Below are positions 18,782-21,995 of a stretch of 21,995 nt of DNA, piece by piece. Origin of the DNA: Salpingoeca rosetta (Eukaryota > Protista > Choanoflagellata); contig JAWQFM010000030.1 in assembly GCA_033442325.1 (NCBI GenBank), forward strand, positions 559,293 to 581,287, given 5' to 3'. The notes under the pieces are model-generated. The model was not told the origin of the DNA and ran no database searches. It saw only the letters and a list, made by a program, of their open reading frames with translations. The position numbers and the translations under genes are program-made. Within the stretch, counting starts at the first letter, position 1; the number at the start of each line of letters is the position of its first letter.

Positions 18782-20537
18782 ATGACAGAGCTGGTGCAGT
18801 CGTCGTGGTCGCGAGATCTGGAAGACCTTGAACACATGAGCCAAGATGGCGAAGATGGCGGCGCATCCAGCCGCCATTCTGACGAACACCTCAAATCCCT
18901 CATCCGTGCAGGTGTGCTTGTGTGTGTGCTTGTGTGTGCTTTTGTGTGTGTGTGTGTGTGTGCTTTTGTGTGTGTGTGTGCTTTTGTGTATGTGTGTGTG
19001 TGTGTGCATGCGCGCGCGTGTGTGTGTGTATGTACCTTCATGATTGCGATGCCCTCGACTCGCTTAGTCTCGCGCTCACGCATGTGCTCTCCTCTTCCAT
19101 CTCCCCTCCAACCCACACCCCCTCAATAAACCTCCCTCCCCCTCCACCCGTAGGCAAGTGGGAAGAGCTGGAGCACGTGCTTGCCAAGGACACGGAGCGC
19201 CAGTTGCGCGACTACGAATACGACGGCGTGTACTGGTGGATCCCCGCGCCGCTGACGCTGCTATCGCGGCTGTGGTTCCTTTGGACGCCGCTGCAGTTTG
19301 CCAGCATGTACGACCGCACTGGTCGCTCCACACGCCTCCTGCTCAAGTACGGGTGTGACCCAAACGCGGCATCAACCATGCAGACCACGCCCCTGCATCT
19401 CGCCGTCTACTACAACCACGTGGACGTCGTGCGCGTGCTGCTGGACCACACCGTCAGCGTGAACGTTCGCGACAAGTACGGCAAGACACCGCGCACATAC
19501 GCGCGCACGCGGGAGATGCGTGATCTCCTGCAGCAGGCCACTCGCCGCTCCCACGCGGAGGTGGAGATAGGTGACATGTTCCAGATGATTGAGTGTGTGC
19601 GCAGCCCGCACATGTCCGTGACGGAGAACGACCCCGCCTTCCATCGCGTGTTCAGCGAGACGGACGCGGCACACGAGGATGCACTCGTGCCTGCAGGCAG
19701 ACAGCGGCGTGCAACACTCCCAGCACCACCGCAACATCACACCGGTAATGGCAACACCAACGGCAATCGTCGCAACACAGCGCACCAGCAGCACAACAAT
19801 GGTGATGGTGTGCAGATGCACAGAAGTGGCAGCGACGCGTCTGGCCTGACACGGGCGCTGGGAGCGGTCAAGCGCATGATGCCACACGCAGCATGTGGTG
19901 GCGGTGGCAGTGACACGCTCTCCGAGGATGAAGAAGAGGACTGCTACGCTGTCGCCGGCCGTGGCCGTGGTGGTGATGGTGGCATGCATGATGGCAAGCA
20001 CGGTGATTACAGCCACCGCAATCACCACGATGATCATCAGCGGCAACAGCAGCGGCATATGCCGTCGTATCATCACTTTCAGGACAGAGCAAAGGCGCAG
20101 GAAGCAGCTGCATGTGGTGGCGGCGGTGTGCATGTGCACGTGAGCGATGGTGATGTGGATCACATGCACAGGGCACAAACACCGCCACCGCCCTATGAAC
20201 ACGTTGAGCACGAGAAACAGCAGCAGCAGCAAGCGACTGGACAAAGTGGTGATGGTGATGATGGTGGCAGTGATGTGATGGCTGAGAGGATGGCATCAAT
20301 GGCGGTGTTGTTGGAGTTTTCGCTCATCGAAAGCACGCACATTCAGCTGCAGAAGAAGGTGCGTTCGTTGTGCCCAATAGAAGCGTGTGTGCGTGTGTGT
20401 GTGTTTAACTTTGTGTGTGTGTGCGTGTGGTGTACATGTGTGTATATGTGTGAATGTGTGTGCGTGTGGTGTACATGTGTGTATATGTTTGAATGTGTGT
20501 TTGCCATTCCTCACACGACGCTACATGGGCTCTTGCC

Positions 20538-20590
<53 letters not shown>

Positions 20591-21722
20591 ATTGGACATG
20601 GTGGCTTTGGCGAGGTGTTTAAGGGGGTGTGGCGTGGCAGCACGGAAGTTGCTGTGAAAGTCCTCGGGCAGGAGTCACACTCCTCCCTCCACATCACAAA
20701 CGACAAGCTCGTCGCAGAGATCAAGGTGTTTTCGTGCGTGTGGTGTGTGTGTATGTGTGTGTGGTGTGTGTGTGTCCGTGTGATGTGTGTGATGTGTGTG
20801 TGTCTGTGTGATGTGTGTGATGTGTGTGATGTGTGTGTGATGTGTGTGTGTGTGTGTGCAATTGTACCTGTAGCTGAAGCGTCGTGCCCACCTTGTTTTC
20901 GTGTCATCGTCTCATTCATCTTCGGCATGCACTGTCTGTCGAGTTGACTCACCACCGTCACCATCATCCATCCACCCATCCACCCATCCACCCATCCATC
21001 CACACATCCATCCATCCATCCATCCACCCATCCACCCATCCATCCACCCATCCATCCATCCACCCATCCACCCATCCACCCATCCACCCATCCACCCATC
21101 CATCCATCCATCCATCCGTCGACCGTCGTCGTGCAGGTGCTGAGCACGATTGACCACCCCTGCCTCATCCATTTCCACGGCGCAGCGTTTGTCGGTTCGT
21201 CAACACAAACACCCCATACGAGCAGTGAGAGTTGTAGTGGTGGTGTTGATGGTGGTGGTGGGTGATGGTGGTATTTTGAGCACGTTTAGCAGCTGCAACC
21301 AACAGTGGTCAACGCATGCATGCGCGGTCACGCCACCTTTGCGGCTTGTGTTTGTGCTTGTGTTTGGTGTTGTGCGCGCTCACACGCAATGTAGCTCATC
21401 AAACATGCTTGATTGTGTCGCTCACACACAACACACACACACACACACATGTGTGTGTGCCATCATGTGCTTCTGCCCACCAGAGGACCACCTGTGGTTG
21501 TGCATGGAGTATGCGACGGACGGGTCGCTGTTCACCTTTCTGCACTGCACCAACAAGCCCTACTCCCTCGCCTCTGTCACCAAGTGGTCGCTCGGTGTCG
21601 CTGAAGGTGTGTGTTTGTTTGTGTGTGTGTTTGTTTGTTTGTTTGTTTGTTTGTTTGTTTGTGTGTGTGTGTGTGTTTGTTTGTTTGTGTGCATGCGTGC
21701 GTGCGTTTTTGTGTTTGTGTGC

Positions 21723-21754
<32 letters not shown>

Positions 21755-21911
21755 ACGTGTGTGTGCATGGTTTGACTGCAACCTCAGTCTCACGTTTTCC
21801 CGCCATCATCGTTGCCTGCAGGCATGCTGTATCTTCACCAGCACGGCCTCATTCATCGCGACCTCAAATCACCAAACGTGCTCCTCACTCGAAACGCAAT
21901 GACATTCTCAG
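18782..21911 (+). CDS. Ankyrin-repeat TKL-group protein kinase (3'-partial; continues beyond the window)
   Basis: Exons: 18782-18911, 19154-20358, 20591-20725, 21137-21194, 21484-21606, 21822-21911. Ankyrin repeats [52 protein letters not shown]. Kinase motifs [16 protein letters not shown], alphaC E (LVAEIKVL), [30 protein letters not shown] and APE would lie off-window. Confidence 0.92.
20965..21117 (+). repeat. (CCAT/CCAC)n tetranucleotide array in kinase intron
   Basis: Direct inspection; ends ~20 nt before the acceptor at 21136. Confidence 0.92.
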
Positions 21912-21934
21912 GTGCGTACCCTTGCTACGTATGT

Positions 21935-21936
<2 letters not shown>

Positions 21937-21995
<59 letters not shown>
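21937..21995. repeat. (TG)n in kinase intron, running off the window
   Basis: Follows the GTGCGT donor at 21912. Confidence 0.95.

Noticed and set aside
21822-21911. Tyrosine kinase call for gene E, prompted by the nearby SH2 gene
   Set aside because: The catalytic loop is HRDLKSPN (Ser/Thr TKL type), not HRDLAARN or HRDLRAAN.

Overview
Intron-rich eukaryotic genomic DNA. The microsatellite-filled GT-AG introns, GTGCGT/GTGTGT donors and SH2/TKL gene content suggest a choanoflagellate such as Salpingoeca (inference). Splicing exons by hand in phase gives five protein-coding genes: (A) a minus-strand B-box zinc finger + Pro-rich + SH2 protein (~109-2729, possibly continuing off the left edge); (B) a plus-strand WD40/beta-propeller protein with a 4.58 kb uninterrupted exon and a long low-complexity tail (3626-8206); (C) a minus-strand 13-exon Skp1-like protein with a long C-terminal extension resembling plant type II Skp1, ASK20/21 (8978-13672); (D) a plus-strand 9-exon PAPS-dependent sulfotransferase resembling bacterial Stf3-type lipid sulfotransferases (14470-17993); (E) a plus-strand ankyrin-repeat TKL kinase running off the right edge (18782->21995). 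A/B and C/D are divergent pairs and B/C are convergent. Most ORFs in the supplied track are artefacts of CA/TG and trinucleotide repeats. No RNA genes, CRISPR arrays or mobile elements were recognised. All exon boundaries are manual predictions.
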